Source of the DNA: Fonticula alba ATCC 38817
Lineage: Eukaryota; Protista; Nucleariida
Length of the DNA stretch: 64,000 nucleotides
Assembly: GCA_000388065.2 (NCBI GenBank)
Contig: KB932201.1
Reading direction: 5' to 3' (one strand)
Part shown: positions 10,926 to 22,371 of the stretch, in pieces
Layout of the letters: every line of letters starts with the position of its first letter
Position numbering within the stretch: the stretch's first letter is position 1
Notes under the pieces: generated by a model
What the model saw: only the letters and a program-made list of their open reading frames with translations
Told to the model about the DNA's origin: nothing
Databases searched by the model: none
Position numbers and translations under genes: made by a program

Positions 10926-13900
10926 ATGGGCGCCTGCGGCAGGACGCCAGCCGGGCCGGCCGGCCGGGCAGGCGCCGCGCGCTTGGTCCTTCTCCTGCTG
11001 ACGCTGCTGGGCGTGGGCTTGCGGTCGGAGGTCCGGGCGGTGCCCCTTCGGCGCGTCGATGCCGGCGAGTCGCAATGTCACCTTCGGTGCCGGGGCTCGC
11101 CGGCGGTCGACTACGCGGCCACCCTGGCCAGCGAGGCGCAGATGATGTTCTGGTCGCCGCTGCCGGCCGTCGCGCCGTTTGTCGGCAATGCCAGCAGCCT
11201 GGCCTCCTGGCGGCGGCCGGCCTTCGCGGACCTCGGGGCCATGCTGCTTCGGCAGCAGGACCGGCTGTTCTCGGCGGAAAGCCGCCCCGCTGGCAATGGG
11301 ACCAGCGAGCCGGAGCTGCAGCCGCTCGAGGGGGGCATCCCGCGGCGTTTGATCGAGTGCCCGGTGACCATGCTGCCGCCGGAGGAGGCCCTGGCCGTGG
11401 GTCGCATCACGCACCCGACCACCGGGCAGGCCATCTTCCTGGTGCTCGGCTCGCAGGCGCTGACGGTGCTGCATGCGGCGGCCGAAATTGACGGGCCCAC
11501 GGACATCGTGGCCTTCGGGCTGGACGCCGGCTGGCTGCGGCCGCGCCTGGCCGGCTACGGCATGTCGCCCGACAGGCAGCACCTCCGCGTGTGGCTCCTG
11601 GTGGAGGCCGCCACCGGGGCCAGCCAGCGCGCGCGCCTGGACATCCGCCTGGACACCTTTGATCTGGCCAGCGCGCCGGAGGTGGCACTCCTGTCGCCGG
11701 CCGGCGGGCCTGGCATCGTCACCTGGCGACCGATGCCGGAGGGCTTCCCGCTGGTCCTGCTGGCTGATGGGCGTCTGGCCACGGGGCATCCGCAGCCGGC
11801 CGAGGTGGCATTGCCGTGTGGCCGCCCGGCATCGATGGCTCTGAGCATGGCATGGCATTCGCGCACTCCGCCGGCCGGGGGCCCGGCCGGCCCCCTCGAG
11901 GGGGCCCTCTCGGCTCCGGTGACTTTGGCCATGTCCCTGGCCGCCGAGCAGGGGGGGCACATCCTGCTCGCCGGCGGCCTGGACCAGGGCCTTTGTCCCG
12001 GCGATTCACGCTCCATCCCCCTGCCGGCCGGGGTACGCCCCGGCGGCCGGGTGCTCCTGGCACCGGTGCATTCGGCGGCCGATGGGCTGCAGGCCTTCCA
12101 CTACATTGAGCCGGCGCCGGCTCAGCCGGCCGGGCGTGTGATGGCCCGCGGCGAGCCCGGGCCCGGGTCGGGCTCGACTTCGGCACCGTCGCCCTCCGGC
12201 CCGGGATCCCACTCGACCGACGGCCCCGAGGCCGGGTCCGGCTCGAGTGGGACCTCCTCCCTGCCGGGTGGTGGCCCGACGGCCGAGCCGGGAACGGCCG
12301 ATCCCTCGGCCTCGGCGGCCTCCTCTTCGGCGGCCTCCTCCCGGGACGCGGACGCCTCATCGGGCCCGGGTTCCTCGACCGAGCCGACGGCCGAGCCGCC
12401 CGGGCCGCCCCCCACGCGGTCGGGCACCAAGCGCCGGGTCTTCGCCGTGTCGCTGGACTCCGCCCAGCGGGTGGCCCGCTTCACGGAGCTCCACATGGTC
12501 GAGTGGGACCGCCAGCCGATGGCCAATGACCGGGCCTTCGAGCCGGACCGGCTGGATGTCCTCTTCCACGCGGGCACCGGGCAGTGGCTCTTGTCCGAGG
12601 GGCGCCTGCTGCTGCCGCTTTCCGGGCTGGAGGGCGATCGCACGGTCCTCCTGAGCCCGACCACCGGGCGGCTGTCCTGTCGCCGGGGCCTGCGCATGAA
12701 CCCCTTCTTTCGCTCGGATCGGCTGTGCTACGGCTGTGCCGAAGGCAATGCCCACATTGCGGGCGATGGTGCGTCCTTCGCCGGTGTGCCTGTGCCCTGG
12801 ACCGGGGGCCGGCCGCTGCCAGGTCACGGGCCGTGGCCTGCCCTTTGCCGGGGCACATGCGCATCGACGCATGCGCGCGCAATCCGCCTCACCCCGCTGT
12901 GCCCGATCGGCGCTCGGCCTGCCTCGGGCACATGACTGACATTCGGCAAACTGGCCTCCCCCCCCCCCCCCAGCCTCATCATGCGGGTATGTCTGCCCGG
13001 TGGGCTGTGCCGCGTGCAACCACACCGGCGACTGCATTGCCTGCGCCCCGTCGCACTTCCAAAGCAGCCAGGGCCTGTGCGAGCCGGTGAGGGACCACCT
13101 GCTGGAGACCGGCGGCCCGGACTCCCCGGCCCTGGCCCTTGTCCGGGATGGCCACAGCGTCGCCCTTGCCCGGCCCTTCCCCGGGGGCATCATGTCCCGG
13201 AACATGTCGCTGATGGCTCCGGTGCCACGGCGAAGTGCCACCGGCGGCGGGGGCAATGCGGGCGCCCCGGCCCCCGGCGGGGCGGCCGGCAGCCTCGAGC
13301 ACGCGGTCTGGTGGCCGATTGCCTCGGTGACCGGAGGTGCGTCGGGGGGCCCCGGCAGCGGGGCGGCCGGGTCGCAGTCCTTCTCCACCTCGGCCTCCGG
13401 GCCCGGGCCGGAGGCCGGCTCCGGGTCCACCGGCAGCGGAGCGGGACCCGGGGCGCCGGAGACAGATTCGGCCCCCTCGTCCGACTCGAAGGCCCATCCG
13501 CCGGACTCGACACGGCGGCATGTGCTGCACCTGGACCCGGCGGCCGGGGGCGGGGTCTGCCCGGGGCGGCTGGTCCCGGCGTCGGCGGCCGGTTGCGCGG
13601 GCCCGATGGCCGGGAGGCTGGTCCCTCGGCCGGTGGCCGTGCGGCCGCCGTTGGCCGTCGGAGATCCGGCCCCCTCGGCCGGGCCCAGCCATCAGGAGGG
13701 CACCTTCAGCCCGGAAACCGGCGGCGTGCTGGCCTGGTCCCCGGAGGACGGGCATCTGTACCACGTATCCCAGGCGGCCGGGTCCGGGGGCGAGGGGCCC
13801 GCGGCGGCGGCGGCCATGGCGCAGGTGCGCCTCGGGGCCGGGTCCTGGGGCCCGGACGTGGGCGCCGTGGCCGGGCTGGCGGTGGATTTCGATCCGGCCC

Positions 13901-16900
13901 GGCAGGGGAACCCCCAAAACAGCTCCTTCCACATTGTCATTTGCGCGGCCACCGGCATGCATCTGGTCCCGGTGAGCTGCCGCTTTGGCGCGTGCGTCTG
14001 GGGCCTGGCCAGTCGCACCACGGCCGAGCCCTGCGAGCGGCTGGTGGCCTGCTCCGACCGGGGGGCCTTCTTTTCGGTGCACCGGGTGTCCGGCACGCCG
14101 ACCTCGACGGCCGTCCGCCGCGGGGTCTTCACCTTCCCGAGTCAGCAGCGGAGCTCGGCCCCGGGCGGGGCCGCCCTGCTGGGGCCGATCCTCGGGTCCG
14201 GGCCGGGGACCGGGCCGCTGGCATGCGGGACCTTCGCGGCCCCGGGCAGCGGCCTGGCCCAGACCGACACCTGGGCCGCGTACATGTCCTGGCTGGCGCC
14301 GTTCCGCTTTGGCCCGGGCGCCGAGCCGCCGGTCGGCGGCGATGTGGCCACGGTCAGCCCGCCGAGCTTGCGGCTGCTGTCGGAGGCCGATCTCGCGGCC
14401 GGCCAGCTGGGGCGCATCGCGGCCTCGCAGCCGCCGCCGCCGGCCGCCGGGCCGCATGCCCTCGCCGCCGCGCGGGACGGCCTGGTGGCCATGGTGATGG
14501 GGCGCTTCTCGGACCGGCAGGCGGACGACCTGGTGGTGCTGGCGGCGGTGCGCGGGGTGGCACCGCCCGGCGGCCGGCAGTCCGGCGCGCCGGATTCCGG
14601 CTGGCAGCTCCTGGCCACGCATTATCGCAACCGGGCTCGCTACCAGCAAACCACGAACCTGGCCTCGGGCGTGGTGCAGCTGCTGGGCAGCCTGCCAGCG
14701 AGCCCGGACTCGTGGCCCCCCCAGGCCGGGCCCTTCCTTCGGGCGCTGGTGGTCGACCTGAATGAGGACGGCCTGCCGGATGTGGTGCTCAGTGCCGGCG
14801 ACCGGCACATCGGGCTCATCATGTCCCGGGAGATGGACACCCTGCGGGTTGGAGCCACCCCCGGCGGCCTGCGGCAGGCGGTGTGGCTGGAGCTGCCGGC
14901 CGGCCCGGGGTCGGAGCCACCGGGCCCGGGGTCGGAGCCGGCCCGGGCCCGGGGGGCCCGGTGTGAGGCCGGTGCCTCGGGCTGCGGGAGCACCGGGCCC
15001 CCGGGCCGGGCCGGGGCCCCGGTGATCCTGCGCGTCCATGCCACCCGGGACTCGCACGCCGGCAATGGGTCTTTCAGCCTGGTGGCGGATCTCTTCCGGC
15101 CGGGCGGCTCGGCCGGCGATGCCCTGCACCGGGTGTCCCTGGCGGCCGGGTGTCCGGCCGGGGAATTCTGGTCGCCGGGGTCGGGCCCGGCGGCCGGGGG
15201 GGAATGCACCGCCTGCCGGGCCGGGTGCTCGGCTTGCCGCGGCCCGGCCGCGGCCGATTGCCTCCGGTGCGATCTCTATCAGGATGGCGAGTGCGTGGCC
15301 GCCTGTCGCGGGGACTCCTTCCCGCAGGATGGCGTGTGCATTGGCTGCCCGGCCGGGTGCGAGGAGTGCACCCGGCCGGGTGACAATCCGTCCGGGGCCG
15401 TGGTGTGCCCCGCCTGCCGGCGGGGATACTTCCCGGAGGCCGGGTCGTGCCACCCCTGCCCGGACCTGTGCGCCGAGTGCACCGGGCCCGGGGCCTGCGG
15501 CGCCTGCCGGCCCGGGGCCCGGGCCTACGAGGGAAGCTGCTGGGCCGAGTGCCCGGCGCGCACCTTCCTCGAGGGCGACCGGTGTGTCGATTGCCCGGGG
15601 CTGTGCCTGGAGTGCGCGCCCGGGGGAGGGGCCGCCGGGGGGCCGGGCTCCGGGGGCGGCGTCTGCACGCGCTGCCAGCCGGGGCTGCACCTGGACCCGG
15701 CGCTGGGCTGCGTGTCGGCCACGGTGCCCCAGTGCGTGCGATACACCGCGGCCGGGGGCTGCCTCGAGTGTGCCCCGGGGTTCCTGCTGCTCGGGGACCA
15801 GCAGTGTGTGGATGGCTGCCCGGTGGGGTACATGGCGGCGGAGGGGCCCTCGCCGGCCGATGGGCCGGCCATGTGCCGGGCATGCGGCGAAGGGTGCACC
15901 TCCTGCGGCCCGGGCGCCGGGGCTTCCGGCCGGTTGGTGTGTGACTCCTGCGCATCGGGGCACTATCGGACCCCGGCCGGGGGGTGCGGGCCCTGCCCGG
16001 CCGGGTGCCGGGTGTGCGCCGACGGGGGCACCTGCTTGTCCTGCCAGGCCGGGCGCTTCCTCCAGGAGGGCGCCTGCGTGGAAGCCTGCGCCGATGGCCA
16101 GTACGCCGAGCAGCAGACATGTCTGGCCTGCGCGCCCGGCTGTGCGGCCTGCCGCGGGATCGACGAGTGCACCGCCTGCCAGGCGGGCTTCGACCTGGAG
16201 GGCGGCCATTGCCGGAGCGCGGCCAATGTGTGTGACATTTCGGCCGGCCGGCCGGCGATCGCCAATTGCCAGCTGGAACATTGCGGCACCTGCCTCCAGT
16301 GCCGGGCCGCCTACCGGCTGGACGGCGGCCGGTGTGTGGCCTGCCCGGAGGGCCGGTCCTCGGATGGGTTCACCTGTTGCCATGTGAATTGCGCCTCCTG
16401 CGTGGGTCCCAACTCGTACCAGTGCAAGAGCTGCCCGGCCGGCGGGGGGGTCCTGCTGCCGACGACCAAGAGCACCGCTCTGGTGGTGGGGTCCTGCGTG
16501 CGGCAGTGTCCCACCGGGTATGTTCTGCGCCCGGCGGCCGGGCCGGACCAGCCGGCCAGCTGTGTCAGCTGCCCGGAGAGGTGTTTCCTGTGCGCGGCCC
16601 CGGCGGGCCTGCCGGGGGCCTCGCCGAATGCCGGCGAGTCCGGGCCCTGCCTCGGGTGCGAGCGGGGCTACTTCCTGCAGGAGGGCCGGTGCGAGGAGTC
16701 CTGCCAGGGCCGGACCTTCGGCTATGGGGGCGCATGTGTGCCCTGTGCGGAGGGGTGCGTCAGTTGCCCGGGCGGCGTGTGCTCCGGCTGCATGCCCGGG
16801 CGCGTGCTGCACATGGGCCGGTGCGAGGGGGCCACCTGCCCGGCGGGCTTCTACCCGGAGGCCGGGGTGTGCCGGCTGTGCGGGGCCTCCTGCTCGACAT

Positions 16901-19900
16901 GCTCCTCCGGCACCGGTGGCTGTGACACCTGTGCGGGGAATTTGCTGCTGGTCCCGACGCGTGGCGGGCCCTGCGTCGGGGCCTGCCCGTCGGGGCACTT
17001 CCCCAGCACGGCCCCCGGCGGCCGGGCCCGGGTGTGTGGCGAATGCACCGCCGATCGCACCACCCGCACCCGGGCCAACCAGCGCAATCGGTGCATCCCC
17101 GGGAGGTTCCTGGCCGTGAGCAGTCTCACCTGCTTGGACGAGTGTCCGCCGAACACGGCCGAGGACTTGCGCGACTTCACCTGCCACGCGTGCCCGGCCG
17201 GGTGTCACCGCTGCCGGGTGGACTACCGTGTCGGCGGCGGCACCCTGGCCATGATGGCGGCCGGGCTGGATGCCAGCGACCCCCGGGCCGGGCTGGTGTC
17301 GGGGCGGGACTTGCAGCTGGCCCCGCCGCGGGACATCGAATGCGAGGCGTGTGCCTCCGGGTACTTCCTGCATGAGGGGAAGTGCCAGCCATTCTGCCCG
17401 GCCGGCTGGACCGGCTCCCGGCCGGCCGCCCAGCATGCTGCTCTTCGGTCGCCGGTGCGGTCGCTGCCATCGTGGCCGCCCACTTCCCCCGATCACCATC
17501 ACCAGCACCACCACCACCAGCAGCAGCAGCAACAGCAGCAGCAGGAGGAGGAGCAGGAGCAGTCGCAGCAGCAGTCGCAGCAGCAGCAGCAGCGATCACT
17601 TACCTCAGGCGGCCTGTGCATGAAATGCCATGTGTCGTGCCTGACATGCGGGGATCGAGACTTCCGATGCACTGGATGCGCCGAGCCGGCCTACCTCTCC
17701 GGGGAGTCCTGCGTCCTGCGGTGCCCCTTCCGGACCATGACTAATGCGACCGAGCGGCGGTGCGACGAGTGCCCGGCGAACTGCGAAGCCTGCGGCGAGG
17801 AGGGCTGCTCGTCCTGCATCGCAGGGCACCTGCTGATGGACACGCCGGAGGGGGCGCGCTGCGTGGGTGCCTGCCCTTCGGGCAGCTTCGTGCAGGCCGA
17901 CCGGTGCCTCGGCTGCCATGAGAGCTGCCGGTTCGGGTGCAGTGGTCCCTCGACCGAAGATTGCTTTGCCAAGCCGCATCCCGCGTCCGAGAGACGCTTG
18001 GCCCTCAGTACGTGGTCGGGTTTTGCTGCGGCGCCTGTGCCTGATGCCCTGGACCTGGGTGGGTTTTTTTTTTTTCCCGGGGCATGTCCGGTGGTTCTCG
18101 GCTTCCGGCGAAACTTTTTCCTCCCCCTCTCTCTCGCTCTCTCTCTGTCTCGCTCTTGCTAACAACGCATGCGGGGCGAATGGACTCTCCGCCCTGGTCG
18201 GTGTCGGGCAGTTCTTGGACTGAGCATCGGTCTGGGTGCTTTGATGCTCATCTTACTGGCGGTGGCCATCTGGCTACTGGTGGTCTTTGTCTTCCGGGAC
18301 CTGCGTGCCCGGAGCAAGGCTGTCCGGGTACGATGCGTCGGCCCTGCACTTGCTCGGCCCTGTGCCAGGCTAGATGCCTGAATCGGCTTTTTTTTCCCGG
18401 CTTCACCGCCCACGCCACGGATCAACCGGCTGACTGTCTTCTCTCCCTCGCCTCCAACCCCCCCCCCCCCCCCCCACCCACCCCCCCGAAGGACGGCAAT
18501 CCGGTTGCAGATGGTGCGTAACCGGCGGCGAGGAGGCCGTCAGCCCGCTGACAATTCTGGCCTCGGCCCAGCCACTCTGACCCCGTGCCCGGAGCACCAC
18601 ACTGACCAAGCGCCCTGGCGGCCGGCCATGCCCACAGCCGCGGAGATGACCGTGCTCAACACATTCATCGAACTTTCGCTTCCTGGCTCGCTGCAGGTCA
18701 ACATCCTGGAGGATTTCGTCGCCAGCGATGAGTCCCTCGGCCAGGGGGCCCAGGCGACGGTGTACACCGTGCGCATTGTGGCGCCCAAGATCCTGGCCTC
18801 GGCCGGGGCCGAGCAGGCCGCCGTCAAGAGAATGAAGGGTATGCCCGATGTCGCCCTTCTCCCCGCCCCCGGGCGGCCCTGGCGGGTGGCCTGCATGTCG
18901 CTGTGTTGTCCCGCGCCGCAGGCAGCCAAGCCCCCTCCGCCCCTCCCCCCCCCCTGCTGACATTCACCCGACCCGGGACCCGGTAGCTCCCTCGGCATCG
19001 GCCGACGCCAAGTTGTATGCGCGCTTCGAAAATGAGGTTGCCATCATGTGGTACGTTGACCCGTGTGCCATGACGCGACATCTTGCCAAGACGCGCCCTC
19101 ACACGAAGGTGTGGCCCCCTTGCCGGCGCACCGGCTCGCCCCCCTCCGCCCGCTGGCATCCCTCGCCCCACAGGGCTCTCAACGCCGCCCCGAATGTGGT
19201 GCGACTCTATGGCTACTCCACCAACCCGCAGGCCATCGTCATGGAGCTGTTCGACAGCTGCTTGCGGACGTTGCTGCTGTCGGATGTGGAGATCCCTGCC
19301 ATGGGCATGCTCGATGTGGCCCACCAAATCGGTACGTGCTCGCCGGGCCGAGAAGCGGCATCCCCCCGCCCGCCCCCTAGGGCGTGGGATTTGCCCGGGG
19401 GTGGAGTCACCCTCGCCACCTGTTGAGCGCCCCCCCCCCCCCCCCCCCCCCGCCCCCTGCCACAGCCATACTGACATCCCGACATTGATGGCTGCCCTGT
19501 CCGGCGTCCAGCCTGCGGCCTGGAGGCCATCCACCTGGCCAATGTGGCCCACTGTGACATCAAAACCGCCAACATCTTCATGCGCATCGGCCCGAAGCCC
19601 GGCAAGTGGCAGGCAGCCATCGGCGACTTCGGCACCGCTCGGTCCATCGGCTCGAGCCGGTCCAGTGCCCTTGTCCATGAGCTGCCCCCGCTGAATGCGC
19701 TGACCGCTCGGTATGCCAGCCCCGAGGTACGCCACGCTTTTGGGCAGGCACTTGCTCGCCGGCTCGGGCCGGCTCGGCGGCCAATCTGCGAGGCGTGGCC
19801 CGGCCCCGCACGCCGCGCGACGGGGCACTTTTGTGCTGCCACCCGCGCGGGGCCCCTTTCACATGCACACATATCCCACAAAGGGGACCCTCCGCCGGGG

Positions 19901-20581
19901 AAATGCTGACACCCGCTTCCTGATCATCCCGACGTGCTCTGCGCCGACCTTGCCGCCTGGCATGCCCCCCCCCTCTCGCCTCCGGCCCATGTGCACAGCC
20001 AGTCTCATGAGCACCCGGCCACCNNNNNNNNNNNNNNNNNNNNNNNNNNNNNNNNNNNNNNNNNNNNNNNNNNNNNNNNNNNNNNNNNNNNNNNNNNNNN
20101 NNNNNNNNNNNNNNNNNNNNNNNNNNNNNNNNNNNNNNNNNNNNNNNNNNNNNNNNNNNNNNNNNNNNNNNNNNNNNNNNNNCCCCCCCCCCCCCGCGCG
20201 CGCGCGCACGCGCCGTGCCTCACGCGGCGCCAATGCACGTCTCGGCGCGGGACCGGGCAGATCTTCAACTCGCTCGCCCGACACGCGCAGCTCCCCGACG
20301 ACGAGTGCCTCCCGGCCGATGTCTTCGCCTTTTCGGTGGTCCTGTGGGAGTGCCTGACCCGGCGAGTCCCGTGGGCCGGCCAGACCTTCGAGCAGATCCG
20401 CTCGTCGGTGGCTGCCGGCCACACGCTGGACCTCCCGTCGCTGGACATGCTGGGGCTGACACCGGCCGACGACCGGCATGCCCGGCTGCGGGCCCTTTTC
20501 TCAAACTGCAGCGACGTGTCCGCCGGGCACCGGCCCACGAGCACCCACTGCAAGGTGGCCCTGGCCGGGATGCTGGACTAG
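10926..20581 (+). CDS. Very large single-pass receptor kinase: signal peptide, FG-GAP-type Ca-binding motif, many furin-like Cys-rich repeats, TM helix, TKL-family kinase
   Basis: Signal peptide RLVLLLLTLLGVGLRSEVRA. Intron 12769-12973 joins in frame to the 13000-18162 ORF, which holds VVDLNEDGLPDVVL and repeated CxxCxxxCxxC units. TM ILGLSIGLGALMLILLAVAIWLLVVFVF lies at about 18213-18295. Kinase motifs: LGQGAQATVY, AAVKRM, ENEVAIM, VVRLYGY, HCDIKTAN, DFG, RYASPE, DVFAFSVVLWE. The stop TAG is at 20579-20581. Confidence 0.9.
17494..17592 (+). repeat. CAC/CAG/GAG trinucleotide tract encoding poly-H/Q/E inside the receptor ectodomain
   Basis: Translates as HHHQHHHHQQQQQQQQQEEEQEQSQQQSQQQQQ. Confidence 0.95.
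20024..20182. other. Assembly gap within a kinase-domain intron
   Basis: N run followed by poly-C, between the RYASPE and IFNSLARH exons. Confidence 0.95.
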
Positions 20582-22371
20582 AAGAAGAGGCCCTTGGCAG
20601 GGGCAGCGCGTTGCGAGTGTCGACGAAAGGGCCCCTGGATCTGCCGCGGCTCGGGAGAGCAGCCCCATCGACCCCGGGTGCCGGCGGGTCCCGGTGCCAG
20701 GCATGTGTGGCCGCCAGTGGGTCGTCACCCACAGGACTTTCTCCTTGTGGGCTGAGGGTCCGGAATACAACATAGACCTTGGGCGTGTGTGCGCCACCGC
20801 CCACCAACACCCGGAGGTGCCAGCCGTGTTCCGGGCCGGAGCTGCCTGCATCAGCCTCTGGCGCCGGGGGGAGGGGGGGGGGAGGGAAGACCAAGCGCCA
20901 GCATGCATGTTCATGCAAGCACTCACCGGGCACGCATGCACAAAGCCAGGAGGGCGAGAGGCTGGAGTTACGTGTGGCGAGGGACGGTTAAGAGTATCCG
21001 GAAATGCTGTTCGCAAGAGGGCCCCCCGCGGTTTGGACCATGCGCCGGTTGCCCCAGGCCAGCCTTGGTTGCGATCAATGCGTCGGGGCATGCCGGCTTT
21101 GCACCCTCCGACGTAGGCGTGTCAACCGGCAGCCGTGGGGCCCAGTGCCAACGCTCGTGTCATCCGCTGGGAGCTTGTGGCGGGGACCGACCGCGTCGGG
21201 TGCGCGCGCTGTCCCGGCTCCGCCGTGTGCGGTGAGTGGCGCGCGGGGGCGGTTGTTGGGGCAGCGGGCATGCGCCGCGAGAGGAGCCGGGCCCGCCCCC
21301 CGGCCGCCGGCCGCCCCTTGTTCGATCGGCGGCGAGCCTCCTCCCGGGGGAGTGGGGCGCGGGGGGCGCGAGAAACACCGGGGGCGGCCGCGCGCAAACG
21401 GCGAGCCGCACGTGTTTAGCCTCTAGGGCATCTTGTCCTGCTCTCGGCGCGCTCTCGGACGCCGGGTCCTGCGGGCTTCCCGGTCGGGGCCCTTTGCATC
21501 TGGGGTCCTCGCATGCTGTTGGTGTGCGGAGGCGCTCTCGGGGCCGGCAGGGGGGGGAGGGGGGGGTGAGGTAGGTGGAAAACATTTCACCGAGAGGAAC
21601 GCGGAAAACGTGTTGGTGTTGGTCCGGGCGCGGGAGCCGATGCTCGAGGTCGCCCGTGCGTCGGGGCGGGCGGGTGTGCCTCGGTGTCTTGAAATGATCT
21701 GCACGTTGGGCCTGTGCCATGACTGTGGACGCGTGTGCGCTTGGTGCGCTCGGTGTGTCGGGCTTTTTCGCCGGCGGCGCGGTCCGACATGCGACATGCT
21801 CGCGTCCGGGGCCGCCGGTTTCGGATGGTGGTGAGGAGGGCCCTCCGGGAAATGCCCCTCCGCCGGGGCAGGTCCAGTTGGGCGCCGGCTGGCAGATGGG
21901 CTGCCGGCAGGGGCCCGGCTCTGCTGGGGAAGTGGCCAGTGTTTTTTTCTGGCGAGATTTCGGGATGAGCGCGGGGAGCCGGGCAGATGGCCCGGCACGC
22001 TTCCCCCTCCGGCCGGCCGGCCGGCCGCCCAAGCTGCCCGGCTTTGGGCTGGCCAAGATCTTGCTGCCGGGGTCCGCGGAGAGGGGCGAGGAGAGAGGCG
22101 GCCGCCCTCGTTGACTGGCAGGGCAGGGGGGGCGGGGGGAAAAAAGCACCACGCCTAATGCCCCCGGGGGCCGGCTCTCGGGGCCACCCCTCTCTACGGT
22201 TTGCCTTCCTCCCCCACACCCGCCCTCCCTCCCCTCCTGGCTCCCCCCCTCTCTCTCTCTGTCTCTCTCTCTCTCTCCTTCCCATCTTTTCCTCCCGCTC
22301 TCCGCCGCTTGCCGCCCGATCCTGGCCCTGCTCCCGTCCTGCTGCAAACCCCCCCCGTCGGGCTGCCGTCA

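Noticed and set aside
924-14781. Functional linkage of CIB with an integrin-alpha-like receptor
   Set aside because: They are about 10 kb apart with unrelated genes between, and the receptor has no GFFKR-like tail. Proximity alone is not evidence.
15307-15315. RGD tripeptide (CRGDS) in the receptor ectodomain
   Set aside because: A single RGD is expected by chance in such a long Arg/Gly-rich protein, and it sits in an ordinary furin-like repeat.
12979-17532. 1,517-aa minus-strand ORF
   Set aside because: It is the antisense shadow of the GC-rich receptor-kinase exon; Ala/Gly/Arg/Pro-rich with no motifs. The same applies to 29636-31207 (+) and 54904-56148 (-).
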